Shown here piece by piece: positions 54,798 through 64,000 of a DNA stretch of 64,000 nucleotides. A program made the position numbers and the translations under genes. The stretch spans positions 7,343 to 71,342 of the forward strand of contig JAHISJ010000025.1 of the NCBI GenBank assembly GCA_018818205.1, in the 5' to 3' direction. Each line of letters opens with the position of its first letter. Within the stretch, counting starts at the first letter, position 1. The notes under the pieces were generated by a model that saw only the letters and a program-made list of their open reading frames with translations, ran no database searches and was not told where the DNA came from. The stretch is from Patescibacteria group bacterium. Lineage in GTDB: Bacteria > Patescibacteriota > JABMPQ01 > JAHIRA01.

Positions 54798-57350
54798 TCA
54801 CCTAAATCTACCCGCGGCAACATTCACTCCCGTCCTCAAATTCTTATCAAACCCAAAGAACCCGTTGTGTTTTACGTCGCCCGCGTTGTTGAACTGCCTC
54901 ACATGCGGGCCGCCGCCAATGCCGGTCCCCGTTATAATCTCTGCCTTTCCGTGATTGTCCATATCATGCACGGCAACTTTTACGCCTGAGCGAATATGTT
55001 TTGCATACGCAAAGAACCCTGCGCTGTTTTCATCAACATTTCCTACTCCATTAAAAACTCTTACCTGTGGACCGCCGCCGGGACCTGCACCGGTTACAAT
55101 CTCTACACTTCCGTCGCCATCAACATCACCCCCAGAAACCAAAACACCAGTTCTAATATGTTTAGCATACGCAAAGAAGTTGAGGATCCGTACCCCATAG
55201 CGCGTGTAACCCATCACTTGCGGGCCACCACCTGGTCCTGCTCCAGTAAGGATTTCTTCCTTACCATCACCGTTAAAATCACCCGCACCTACATAGACAC
55301 CACCTCTAAATGTTTTTCCATAAGCAAAGAATCCGGGGGTAAATACCGGCGAGCCTTCCATGGTAAAGGTCCGTACTTGTGGTCCACCGCCGTCACCTGT
55401 TCCGGTTATAATCTCGTCATACCCATTATTATCAATATCACCAGCTGCCACATAAACGCCACCAGTAAACTGCTCAGAATACGCATAGAAACTTGATTTT
55501 AACGTTCCATCTAGCTCAAAAACTTTTACTTGAGGTACACCGCCCGGGCCAGGACCGGTTATCACTTCATCAATGCCATCATTATCAACATCACCCGCCG
55601 CAACGTTTACTCCTGTACGCCAGTATTCCGGGTATGCAAAGAATCCGCCACTTTCGAGTTCGCCATTTTTATTGAAGAATCTCACTTGTGGACCTCCTCC
55701 TTCACCAGCGCCAACCACAATCAGGCTTCCCAAAATCTTTGCGCTTGATGTTGTCTCAGATGACCAGTTCCCTACTGAATTTTGTGTTCGCATGTATACC
55801 GTATGATCACCTTCAGAAAGATCAACATCAAAACCAAACGCCTCTGCACCACCACCAAATGTACCATCAGAAGGGTTTGCATCTGTCCATCCGCCACCAT
55901 CAATACGATACTGGATTTTTGTAATGGTATTTGGCGACATATTACTCCTCGTATGACTGTAATGAAGCGTACTCACATATGGATTATTATTTTGCAGTGG
56001 CTGCACTTGAGCAGTTCCAGAAATGTTTATTGACGTTGCTCCCGTTTTTGCATTGAACTCAATCTTTGGTGCCGTATCAACCACATCATTAATGCCGTTA
56101 CCATTTGAGTCCCAGAGTCCTATTTGTCCCTCAGCATAGTGATCTATTTGCTTGTTAGTAAACGGCGTAATTCCTCCACGCATGAGACTTGGCACGTTTG
56201 ATATACACGGAGAGCCAGACTTGCTATACAGGCTATTTTGATTTTTCGCATTTAAGTACCCTGCACTATCGTTACAATCTTTAAATGCAGATGAATATTG
56301 ATCAAGGGCATAAAAAGTGTGCCCGGTCTCATGGGCTGTAATAGCATCCATGTTGTTGATTCCGTATCCGGTATTGTTGTACGTCATCACCATAAAAGGA
56401 CCGCCGTAATAGGAGTACGCAAACGAGCCATCGGCGAAAGACTGGGTTGTCCCTCCGTCATTTGCAACAAATATGAGCATTCCCCAGTCAGTGTTTGCCT
56501 GAACAATTTGACTGTTCAAAAAGCTTCTGGCATTGGTATGATAGTCAGATCCGGAAAAACCAAGCTTTCCCATAATCTCATTTATCCACAAATTCTCTCC
56601 ATTTGGTGTAGTCGGCCCATTGTGAGTGATTGGTTCATATTTTGTCTGAGCTCTACTATCCGATCTTCCTGATATGAAATTATACGTGAACGTAAGATGT
56701 GCATTTGGTTCCCTCTCTTTCCACCAGTTAAATCCATTTTGGATTTCTGAATAAACCCTTGATTCTTGCTCAGCTGTCCAATTATAGAGGCTTGGATCGC
56801 TCTGACCATTGCTTTCTGGCAAAATAACCGTTACATTGACCGACCCATACATATATTCTGAGGTATCGTAAAACCCTGCGTTATAGACACTCTTACCCTC
56901 AGGCGAGCCACCTACCGGTGACTGGTTCTCATCTTCTCTTGGTGCAACAAACGCATCGTTTATAAGCGGTGGATAGTCTTTATCCTCTACTATCTGCTCT
57001 TCAAAGCTCAGGTTCCAAGTATTAATAATGAGCTGAGTTTCAGGGTCGTACCTTTCCTTAACCTCATCACTCACCGGCTCTCTATACACAACTATGCCTT
57101 GCTCCGCAAGCTTCTCTTCACCCTCTGTGGTAATATCGCCCATTGCTGCTTTATCTGGAAACACATGCGTTAACTCATTACCCCTTCCTTTTGAATCAGC
57201 AAGAATTGAGTCAAGTGAATGCTCACTGCTTGCGAGGACTAATGCATTGACTCCCTCAAATGATTTTGCGTTTACCCGTCCACACGTTACAAAAATGGCA
57301 AGAATAGCACAAACAAATGAAAGATAAAAAACGATTCTTTTGATATTCAT
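54798..57350 (-). CDS. Secreted zinc metallopeptidase with Ig-like domain and C-terminal FG-GAP repeat propeller
   Basis: Signal peptide; HETGHTFYALD zincin motif with downstream SLM Met-turn-like motif; about 6 repeats of GV.VAAGD+D.DG..EI+TG.GPGGGPQV. Confidence 0.85.
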   Translation of the reverse strand: MNIKRIVFYLSFVCAILAIFVTCGRVNAKSFEGVNALVLASSEHSLDSILADSKGRGNELTHVFPDKAAMGDITTEGEEKLAEQGIVVYREPVSDEVKERYDPETQLIINTWNLSFEEQIVEDKDYPPLINDAFVAPREDENQSPVGGSPEGKSVYNAGFYDTSEYMYGSVNVTVILPESNGQSDPSLYNWTAEQESRVYSEIQNGFNWWKEREPNAHLTFTYNFISGRSDSRAQTKYEPITHNGPTTPNGENLWINEIMGKLGFSGSDYHTNARSFLNSQIVQANTDWGMLIFVANDGGTTQSFADGSFAYSYYGGPFMVMTYNNTGYGINNMDAITAHETGHTFYALDQYSSAFKDCNDSAGYLNAKNQNSLYSKSGSPCISNVPSLMRGGITPFTNKQIDHYAEGQIGLWDSNGNGINDVVDTAPKIEFNAKTGATSINISGTAQVQPLQNNNPYVSTLHYSHTRSNMSPNTITKIQYRIDGGGWTDANPSDGTFGGGAEAFGFDVDLSEGDHTVYMRTQNSVGNWSSETTSSAKILGSLIVVGAGEGGGPQVRFFNKNGELESGGFFAYPEYWRTGVNVAAGDVDNDGIDEVITGPGPGGVPQVKVFELDGTLKSSFYAYSEQFTGGVYVAAGDIDNNGYDEIITGTGDGGGPQVRTFTMEGSPVFTPGFFAYGKTFRGGVYVGAGDFNGDGKEEILTGAGPGGGPQVMGYTRYGVRILNFFAYAKHIRTGVLVSGGDVDGDGSVEIVTGAGPGGGPQVRVFNGVGNVDENSAGFFAYAKHIRSGVKVAVHDMDNHGKAEIITGTGIGGGPHVRQFNNAGDVKHNGFFGFDKNLRTGVNVAAGRFR

Positions 57351-57434
57351 TTTTATTGATAATGAGAATGAAACACGTTTATTATAGCACACCTATGTGA
57401 TACCTTTGAGTACTTTTGATTAAGCCAGTTTTTC

Positions 57435-57466
57435 AAAAAAGTCGTAGCTGTAAGCACAGCTACGAC
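57435..57466 (-). terminator. Intrinsic terminator of the GDPD operon
   Basis: GTCGTAGCTG/CAGCTACGAC 10-bp stem with T run on the minus strand. Confidence 0.75.
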
Positions 57467-57527
57467 AATGCATTGTTTATATATACCCATACTCTCTCGC
57501 ACTACATGAAAACAGTATGAGTTTATA

Positions 57528-58232
57528 CTAGTAATCAATAGCAAACGACTCGCTCGTTTCTTTGACCTTATTCAAAAGAAGCGGGTTATTGGTAATAATA
57601 CCATCCACGTCAATGTCAAACATACGTTTCATGCTCCAGATGTAATCGACTGTCCATGCATTTACCTTGAACCCTTCGTTTTGCATTTCTTCTACATTTT
57701 TCCTAGTAAGCGGTAAATAGTATGGATGAATAGTATTAAGCTTGTATTCCTTTGCAAAAGAAATCATTCTATCCGTTACAAACCACGTTAAAATCCCGAC
57801 TTTTACTCTCTTTCTAAAATCACCAAGTTCTCTAATTACATCTTTATCAAAAGAAGAAATAAGCGTTTTATCTACCAACCCATACTTTTCAATAAGTGCC
57901 TTTAGCGGCTCAATAGCCTCGATTACCTTAACATCAAAATTAAAGTATGTTTCATTATTAAGCGCGATTATCACTTCTTCAACTGTTGGAATTGTCTCTC
58001 TTCCAATTTTAAGCTTTTGCACATTGTTAAGGGAGAAGTGCTTTACTAGTCCACTTCCTTCAGTTACACGGTCAATCGCATTGTCATGAAACACGATGGG
58101 AATTCCCTCTTTGGTCACTCGAACATCAATCTCTACCATATCTACTCCAAGTCTCACCGCACGCATAAAAGTGGAAAGAGTGTTTTCCAATTGATGAAAA
58201 AGTGGCGCTCCTCTGTGGGCGATTATTTTCAT
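57528..58232 (-). CDS. Glycerophosphodiester phosphodiesterase
   Basis: IIAHRG, ENT, EIDV..TK, HD, SSFD, WTVD, DGIITN. Confidence 0.93.
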   Translation of the reverse strand: MKIIAHRGAPLFHQLENTLSTFMRAVRLGVDMVEIDVRVTKEGIPIVFHDNAIDRVTEGSGLVKHFSLNNVQKLKIGRETIPTVEEVIIALNNETYFNFDVKVIEAIEPLKALIEKYGLVDKTLISSFDKDVIRELGDFRKRVKVGILTWFVTDRMISFAKEYKLNTIHPYYLPLTRKNVEEMQNEGFKVNAWTVDYIWSMKRMFDIDVDGIITNNPLLLNKVKETSESFAIDY

Positions 58233-58294
58233 ACACGTACTATACTGCTGTAACTCATACTGTGCATATATCTATCATTGCTAATAAGTCACTT

Positions 58295-59401
58295 TTAATT
58301 AAGCACTGAGGATTGGAGTCCCATTCTTTTTAAAATTGGCACTTCCTCACTCTCACTTGCAAACCTCGGTTGATTATAGTCTTCAATTATCACTGCTTGA
58401 AACGCTATTTCTTCAAGCGCACCATCAACAAACTGATACGTACCAATGACCCCTTCTTGCGTCTCCCTAGACCACATTTGATCAAACACTAGATTACCTA
58501 AACTATACACAATAAGTTTGTCGTTGTATTTCTCGACCTCCTGAACCACATGTGGGTGATGACCGATTACCGTTTCTGCACCAGCGTCAATAGCAGCATG
58601 GGCTATTGCCTTTTGCTCCCAAGCCGGCTTTGGCGTGTATTCGGTGCCATGATGCATAGAAACAATTACCACATCTGCGGTTTCTTTTGCTTTTTTGACA
58701 TCACGGACAACCTCGTCCGTTGACTCCTGCGCCCACGCTAACCCCGCTGTTTCCTCGTCAGCTCCGTAGCTTTCTGGAGGAATACCATTGTAACACAGAA
58801 AGGCAAATGAAATTCCGTCCTTCTCTATAACCGATGCGGTATGTGCTTCATCGTAATCCATCCCTGCCCCGCAGTACTCAATGCCATGCTCGTCCAAATG
58901 ATTGTACGTATACTTCATGCCGGACCGCCCTTGATTGCCAAAATGATTGTTCGCAAGAGAAACCATGTCAAAGCCGGCAAGCTTAAGTCCGTCTACTGTC
59001 TCAGGTTCTGCTTTAAATACCATTCCTTCAGTCACAGGTGGTCCTTGATCATAAAAAGGGGATTCCAGATTTGCAAATGCAATATCTGCTTTTGAAAACA
59101 TATCAACTACACGTCTAAACGGTAGAGAATTGTCACCTGCCTGTCTTATCTTGGTTCCTACATGTCTTGAAAGCATTATGTCTCCACCGGCAACGAGCGT
59201 TGTTTTGACCGGTTCTTTTACCACCTGCTCAGGCTCCTCTTTTGCAAAAGAAGTATTCTCAGCTACCTCTTTTGGAGCAACCGTCTCCGCTACTGAAGAT
59301 CCATCATCACCTTTAATAACGATTCCATACACAATAAATCCTGCGATAGCTATGATCACCAGGTAGAGAATATATATCGATTTCCGCTTCTTTTTAGCCA
59401 T
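58295..59401 (-). CDS. CapA/PgsA family metallophosphoesterase
   Basis: GDIML, NLESP, SLANNH, HHGTEY, GHHPHV, YSLGNLVFDQ; N-terminal TM. Confidence 0.93.
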   Translation of the reverse strand: MAKKKRKSIYILYLVIIAIAGFIVYGIVIKGDDGSSVAETVAPKEVAENTSFAKEEPEQVVKEPVKTTLVAGGDIMLSRHVGTKIRQAGDNSLPFRRVVDMFSKADIAFANLESPFYDQGPPVTEGMVFKAEPETVDGLKLAGFDMVSLANNHFGNQGRSGMKYTYNHLDEHGIEYCGAGMDYDEAHTASVIEKDGISFAFLCYNGIPPESYGADEETAGLAWAQESTDEVVRDVKKAKETADVVIVSMHHGTEYTPKPAWEQKAIAHAAIDAGAETVIGHHPHVVQEVEKYNDKLIVYSLGNLVFDQMWSRETQEGVIGTYQFVDGALEEIAFQAVIIEDYNQPRFASESEEVPILKRMGLQSSVLN

Positions 59402-59406
59402 GCATC

Positions 59407-59853
59407 TTACGACAATCTTTCTTGAACACAATTTTTGACCATGTTACCATCTGCTCTACCTGACACCTTCTTTATGGCTTCTCCCATAACCTTCCCCATA
59501 TCAGCCATACTTGACGCTCCTGTTTCAGAGATCACTTCATCAACTATTTTCTCCAGCTCTTCTTTTGACATTTCCTCGGGAAGATACTGTTTTAATAAGG
59601 CCATCTCTTCCTCTTCTTTCTGTGCAAGCTCTTCTCTCCCCCCTTGTCTATATGACTCAATGGAGTCCTTTCTCTGTTTAACGAGCTTTTGAGTGACAGA
59701 GACAACATCATCATCGGTAAGATCTTTTTGAAGCTCAATTTTTTTATTTTTAAGTGCTGCAATGAGCATACGCAGCGTTGATTTTTTGAGCTCATTTTTT
59801 TCTTTCATAGCCAAAACGAGCTCTTGTTCAATCTTTTGATACAAGTCTGACAT
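59407..59853 (-). CDS. GatB/YqeY domain protein
   Basis: AMK....TLRML, KQRKDSIESY..GGREEL, YLP, DMGKVM, GRADG. Confidence 0.94.
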   Translation of the reverse strand: MSDLYQKIEQELVLAMKEKNELKKSTLRMLIAALKNKKIELQKDLTDDDVVSVTQKLVKQRKDSIESYRQGGREELAQKEEEEMALLKQYLPEEMSKEELEKIVDEVISETGASSMADMGKVMGEAIKKVSGRADGNMVKNCVQERLS

Positions 59854-60002
59854 AGGTTATTATTATATTTTCTTGTAGATAGTATAGCGGTTCTGTAAGC
59901 ATAAAACAACCCCAGTGAGCACGGAGAAATCCCACTAAGAAAAACAAAAAACTGACACCAAACAAGATGGGGTCAGCTAAAATATTTTGGTAACTACACA
60001 AT

Positions 60003-60884
60003 TCACTCAGGGAGAGCTTCTTCCGGGTCGGCAAATTCAAGAGGCTCATCCTCATCCTCATCAGCTCCTGCTCCTACTTCGCCACCTTCAACACTGTATG
60101 CTTCCATTTCATCTGTTGGTGCTGCTTCTGAAGGAGGCGGATCAAAGTTTTCTGCAACTTCTTCTAATTCCTGCTGCAGACTCTCCGCCTTTTTCCTTTC
60201 CTCTTCTTCACGTTGATAGAATTTAGTTTTAATCGCTCTTGCTTCTCTTCCAAATCTTACTCTTAAATCATTTAGATAGTCGAAAGCAGTCGCGGGATTA
60301 GAATCACGCATAAGACGTAAAAAACTTTGACGGCGCTCTTGAAGCGAGCTCACTTTAGATCTCTCTTCAGGGGTTGTGGTTCGCGCTTCGCTTAAAGAGA
60401 TATCACTAGAAATATTTATTAATGACTGAAGATAAGAAAGATCGCGTTTTCCAGTTTCCCCATCAACAAGCTCACGATAATAGACCGGATTTAAAAACAC
60501 GTCAACTTCTAGAAATAAGTTCTTTACTACAGTAAGCGGGAATGCTGATTTTCGTCTTCCGGAACGCTTTTGACTTAGCACAACCGTATCAAATCGATTT
60601 TCACCAATGTTTCTTTCAAATACGACAATAACGATAATGTCGTCCTCTTTTTCTTTACTCATAACAAGCGGTGAAAATAATATCCACCACAATGCTTTGA
60701 TAAACGAAATAATTGTTGACAGAAAGGGAATTTTACCCGGTATAATGGGAATTTGAACGTATACTTTCCACTCGTTATCATTAGGCAAAATTCTGTCGAA
60801 ATATTCTTGAAGTTCCGCACTTAATTTTCTAACATAAAAGAAAGGCCCATCATTTGCTACAATAATACGTGAAAACGGCCACAT
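60003..60884 (-). CDS. Hypothetical membrane-associated protein with coiled coil and acidic tail
   Basis: AAGGAGG RBS; one hydrophobic segment; E/D-rich C-terminus. Confidence 0.7.
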   Translation of the reverse strand: MWPFSRIIVANDGPFFYVRKLSAELQEYFDRILPNDNEWKVYVQIPIIPGKIPFLSTIISFIKALWWILFSPLVMSKEKEDDIIVIVVFERNIGENRFDTVVLSQKRSGRRKSAFPLTVVKNLFLEVDVFLNPVYYRELVDGETGKRDLSYLQSLINISSDISLSEARTTTPEERSKVSSLQERRQSFLRLMRDSNPATAFDYLNDLRVRFGREARAIKTKFYQREEEERKKAESLQQELEEVAENFDPPPSEAAPTDEMEAYSVEGGEVGAGADEDEDEPLEFADPEEALPE

Positions 60885-61025
60885 AAACTTTCCTCCTTAT
60901 GTTTGTGCCAAAGAACATGTACTCCATTTATACATCTTTTTGAAAATATTTCAAGGGGTTTTTAAAAAAAATGCCCCACAGGAAAGTTTCCGCGGGACAA
61001 AAATAAATAGTAATAGTTTTTTACG

Positions 61026-61547
61026 TCATGATAATAGCTTATACCGCCATCCGGTATCTTCATCAGGATCGTCTGATATCCTCTGCGATTCAATTTCATG
61101 GCCCAAATCATCACGCAAATGCTTGATGAGTGGCCCAAGACGTAGAATCCCAGCTTGAGTGAATTCAAGCGTAATGACCCATTCTTGTGTTGCAAGAAGC
61201 TCAAGAGCCCTCTCGGTGAGGGGTTCCTCGTTAAGCTCCACTCGCCTATGAATTGCAGCTCCTGAAAGCTCACGAAACCGTTCAGCGGGAATTGTTGCAT
61301 GTAGAGAATACATAAATACTGTTCCTTTAATATGAAAAGTGTAAATTGTATGTCCTTGTTTACCTAATGCATGAACGTATCCACCATATCGTTGAATCCC
61401 CGCTTCATTAAACTCAAGGTTCGAAACACCGTTTACCCCAGCATTACTGAGCATCAAAAAAACTTTTTGCGTTTGCGTTTCAGTTCTTTTTGGCAATTGT
61501 TCCTCCTTGAGTGCCAAAAGGTTCGTGAAAAAAGTATACGGGAACAC
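61026..61547 (-). CDS. Tandem winged-HTH protein (two phage-type HTH-like repeats)
   Basis: Internal repeat: VSNLEFNEAGIQRYGGYVHALGKQGHTI versus VITLEFTQAGILRLGPLIKHLRDDLGHEI; start codon uncertain. Confidence 0.7.
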   Translation of the reverse strand: MFPYTFFTNLLALKEEQLPKRTETQTQKVFLMLSNAGVNGVSNLEFNEAGIQRYGGYVHALGKQGHTIYTFHIKGTVFMYSLHATIPAERFRELSGAAIHRRVELNEEPLTERALELLATQEWVITLEFTQAGILRLGPLIKHLRDDLGHEIESQRISDDPDEDTGWRYKLLS

Positions 61548-61607
61548 AAAAAAGTGCGCAATAAAAAAGCCTCACTACGAGACCTTATTTAAACCAACGC
61601 ACAAAAG

Positions 61608-61741
61608 CTAAAAACGATACTCTGGGCGGGGGCTTCTATAAACCTTTTCCCGAGAAAGGGGGGGGCACACACATCCCTTTAAGGGAAACCCTCTCGAAAT
61701 CAGGCAAGCGGAGAATGCCCCCGCCAAAGTATCGTTTTAGT
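61608..61741 (-). ncRNA. Candidate 6S-like long hairpin RNA
   Basis: Long terminal stem, central bubble and apical stem; G.U wobbles favour the minus strand. Confidence 0.5.
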
Positions 61742-61782
61742 TATACACAGTCTTCTTTTAGGGCTTTGACACTTTATCCACA
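61741..61782 (+). promoter_or_regulatory. Two DnaA-box consensus matches
   Basis: TTATACACA (61741-61749) and TTATCCACA (61774-61782) match TTWTNCACA. Confidence 0.5.
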
Positions 61783-62002
61783 CATTTTTGCGACGGCGCT
61801 TATTTACTCATTAGTCCATTTTGCTGTGTACTTTGATCATTTTTTTAATGTGCGACGGCGCTCTTTTTTGAAACGGCTCATGTCCTGTATCCATTATAAC
61901 AGAGCCAAAAGGTCGGGTCAATGGTTCTTGTTAGAAGTTTATTTTTCAAAGTTTATCAACTTCACAGTAAGTACACATTTGCTATCATAAATATGAAGGG
62001 CA

Positions 62003-64000
62003 ATGTATGAGCATAAGAAAACTACAAAAGCGGAAAAATCCGTTTTTTATGTTGAAAAAATGAAAAAACTCCTCAAAAAACACTTTGGTCACGACACTTT
62101 TAGGCCATTTCAAGAAGAGATCATAACCCATGTCCTTAAAAAAAAGGACACCTTTGTACTTATGCCTACCGGTGGTGGTAAATCGCTGTGTTATCAGTTA
62201 CCTGCTCTAAAACTTGCCGGACTTACATTAGTCATATCGCCACTGATTTCATTGATGAAAGACCAGGTTGATGCACTAAAAATGAGTGGTATAGCCGCAG
62301 AATTCATTAACTCTTCATTGCCTCAAAGCGACATCTCACGAATTCAAAAAGATATACAAAAAGGCAAAATAAGGATTCTCTACATTGCACCGGAACGGCT
62401 CGCTCTACATTCCTTCAAAGGGTATCTTGATACCTTGGATGTAAGCCTTATTGCCATAGATGAAGCTCACTGCATTTCTGAATGGGGACATGATTTTAGA
62501 CCAGATTACAGAAACCTGAAATTCTTTAAGGAGCAGTACCCGGACACACCCATGATTGCACTTACCGCAACGGCTACGCCGGTAGTACAAAATGATATTA
62601 TCAAAGAACTCTCTTTACATAGCCCCAAAAGATGCGTAGCAAGTTTTAATCGAGAAAATCTTACCTTTAGGATTCTGCGAAAAAAGCATGCGTTTGATAA
62701 ACTGCTTGGGTTGCTTGAAAAGCATAAAAACGAATCAGTGATTGTGTATTGCTTTTCACGTAGAGAAACTGAAGAAATTGCTGACAATTTAAATGCCGAA
62801 GGATACAAAGCACTTCCCTATCACGCAGGGCTTGATAGTACTATACGAAAGTCAAACCAAGAGCAGTTTATAACCGACGAAGCACAGATTATGGTTGCGA
62901 CAATCGCGTTTGGCATGGGCATAGACAAGCCAGATGTCCGCATGGTGGTGCACTACACGTTTCCTAAAAATCTAGAAGGCTACTACCAAGAAGTGGGTAG
63001 AGCCGGACGCGATGGCCTCCCCAGTGAATGTGTCCTGCTGTATTCGTACGGAGACAAGCGAAAACACGACTTCTTTTTGGACAAAATTCAAGACGTAAAA
63101 GAACGAGAGAATAAAAGTAAACAACTTGATAATGTTATTGCTTACTCAGAGAACCGCTCATGTAGAAGAAAATATATTTTGGAGTATTTTGGGGAAACAT
63201 ACCCACCCGAATCCTCTATTTCCAAAGGAAAAAAGGGTAATGAAAGCTGCGGAGCATGTGATAGTTGTCTGAGACCCCGAGAAACGTTTGATGCAACTAT
63301 TATTACGCAAAAAATTCTTTCATGTGTGTTAAGAACTGGAAGTCGTTTTGGGAAAAATTATATTGTTGCTGTTTTAAAGGGAAGTAGAGATGAACAGGTA
63401 CTGCGAAATCGACATGATAGCCTCTCTGTGTACGGTATTGTTAACGATCATTCCAAAGATGAGTTAAAAGAAATCATTACCTCATTGCTCCAGGAAAGCG
63501 TATTAATAAGTGACAAAGGAAAATATCCAACTCTCTCTGTAGCACCAAAGGGGATTACCTTTTTAAAGCAAAAAGAAACACTCCACTTACCAAAAATTCA
63601 TGAGGATCTGATTGATGCTAAGAACACAGGGAAAAGAGAAACGCTTGAATACAACACCGGTCTCTTTGAAAAGCTAAGAACGGTAAGAAAACAACTTGCC
63701 GACAAGCGAGGCGTGCCGCCATTTGTTATTTTCAGTGACGTAACGCTTCAGGCATTGGCTTATTACTTACCTCAAAATAAGGAGAACTTCATAAAAATTG
63801 AAGGTGTTGGAGAACAAAAGCTAAAAGAATTTGGAGAACTGTTTATTGCCACCATTACTACTTATGCAAAAAAGAATACTGTTCCTTCACATGACATTCC
63901 GGATAAAAACCGAAGAAAAACTAGCAGCGCAAAAAGAAAAATACATGCAAATGCTCTCAAATACCACCAGACAAAAGAAATGGTTTCCCGTAAAATGCCT
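62003..64000 (+). CDS. recQ: ATP-dependent DNA helicase RecQ (3' end runs off the window)
   Basis: Manual translation: FGHDTFRPFQEEII, MPTGGGKSLCYQLPA, IDEAHCISEWGHDFRP, ATIAFGMGIDKPD, CRR..CGACD.C, HRDC-like VPPFVIFSD; start at 62003 or 62060. Confidence 0.96.
   Translation, partial: MYEHKKTTKAEKSVFYVEKMKKLLKKHFGHDTFRPFQEEIITHVLKKKDTFVLMPTGGGKSLCYQLPALKLAGLTLVISPLISLMKDQVDALKMSGIAAEFINSSLPQSDISRIQKDIQKGKIRILYIAPERLALHSFKGYLDTLDVSLIAIDEAHCISEWGHDFRPDYRNLKFFKEQYPDTPMIALTATATPVVQNDIIKELSLHSPKRCVASFNRENLTFRILRKKHAFDKLLGLLEKHKNESVIVYCFSRRETEEIADNLNAEGYKALPYHAGLDSTIRKSNQEQFITDEAQIMVATIAFGMGIDKPDVRMVVHYTFPKNLEGYYQEVGRAGRDGLPSECVLLYSYGDKRKHDFFLDKIQDVKERENKSKQLDNVIAYSENRSCRRKYILEYFGETYPPESSISKGKKGNESCGACDSCLRPRETFDATIITQKILSCVLRTGSRFGKNYIVAVLKGSRDEQVLRNRHDSLSVYGIVNDHSKDELKEIITSLLQESVLISDKGKYPTLSVAPKGITFLKQKETLHLPKIHEDLIDAKNTGKRETLEYNTGLFEKLRTVRKQLADKRGVPPFVIFSDVTLQALAYYLPQNKENFIKIEGVGEQKLKEFGELFIATITTYAKKNTVPSHDIPDKNRRKTSSAKRKIHANALKYHQTKEMVSRKMP

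Noticed and set aside
54798-55720. Regularly spaced DNA repeats as a possible CRISPR array
   Set aside because: Degenerate, codon-periodic repeats encoding FG-GAP units; no identical repeats with unique spacers and no cas genes
1-64000. Alternative genetic code (UGA=Gly)
   Set aside because: Conserved genes such as smpB, tsaC and rsmI end at TGA at the expected length, and long ORFs are uninterrupted in code 11

Overview
AT-rich bacterial chromosome segment in genetic code 11, with mostly minus-strand, tightly packed housekeeping genes. These include parAB, glyA, glmS, five aminoacyl-tRNA synthetases (leuS, metG, alpha2-type glyQS, type-2 ileS, argS), tgt, rtcB plus archease, recO, smpB-tmRNA, infC-rpmI-rplT and a partial recQ. 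Single orphan genes and large secreted repeat proteins are interspersed. Gene content and style suggest a Patescibacteria (CPR)-like organism; this is inference only. No CRISPR array, transposase, integrase or prophage block was seen. The two strongest leads are: (1) a ~113-nt structured element, present twice, fused directly to the discriminator base of tRNA-Leu(CAG) and of tmRNA in place of an encoded CCA, with identical loops but covarying stems; (2) a translationally coupled operon glmS - IMPase-family phosphatase - HddA-like GHMP kinase - GNAT - acetyltransferase-less nucleotidyltransferase that could be a GlmM/GlmU-independent route to UDP-GlcNAc. Other leads: a DGR-target-like orphan, Ku-LigD, hxlAB, a viperin-like radical SAM, GIHH-motif IleRS2, several unannotated structured RNA candidates including a 6S-like hairpin beside two DnaA boxes, and orphan genes with deltaproteobacterial/myxobacterial character. 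All product calls come from motif recognition by eye; no searches were run.
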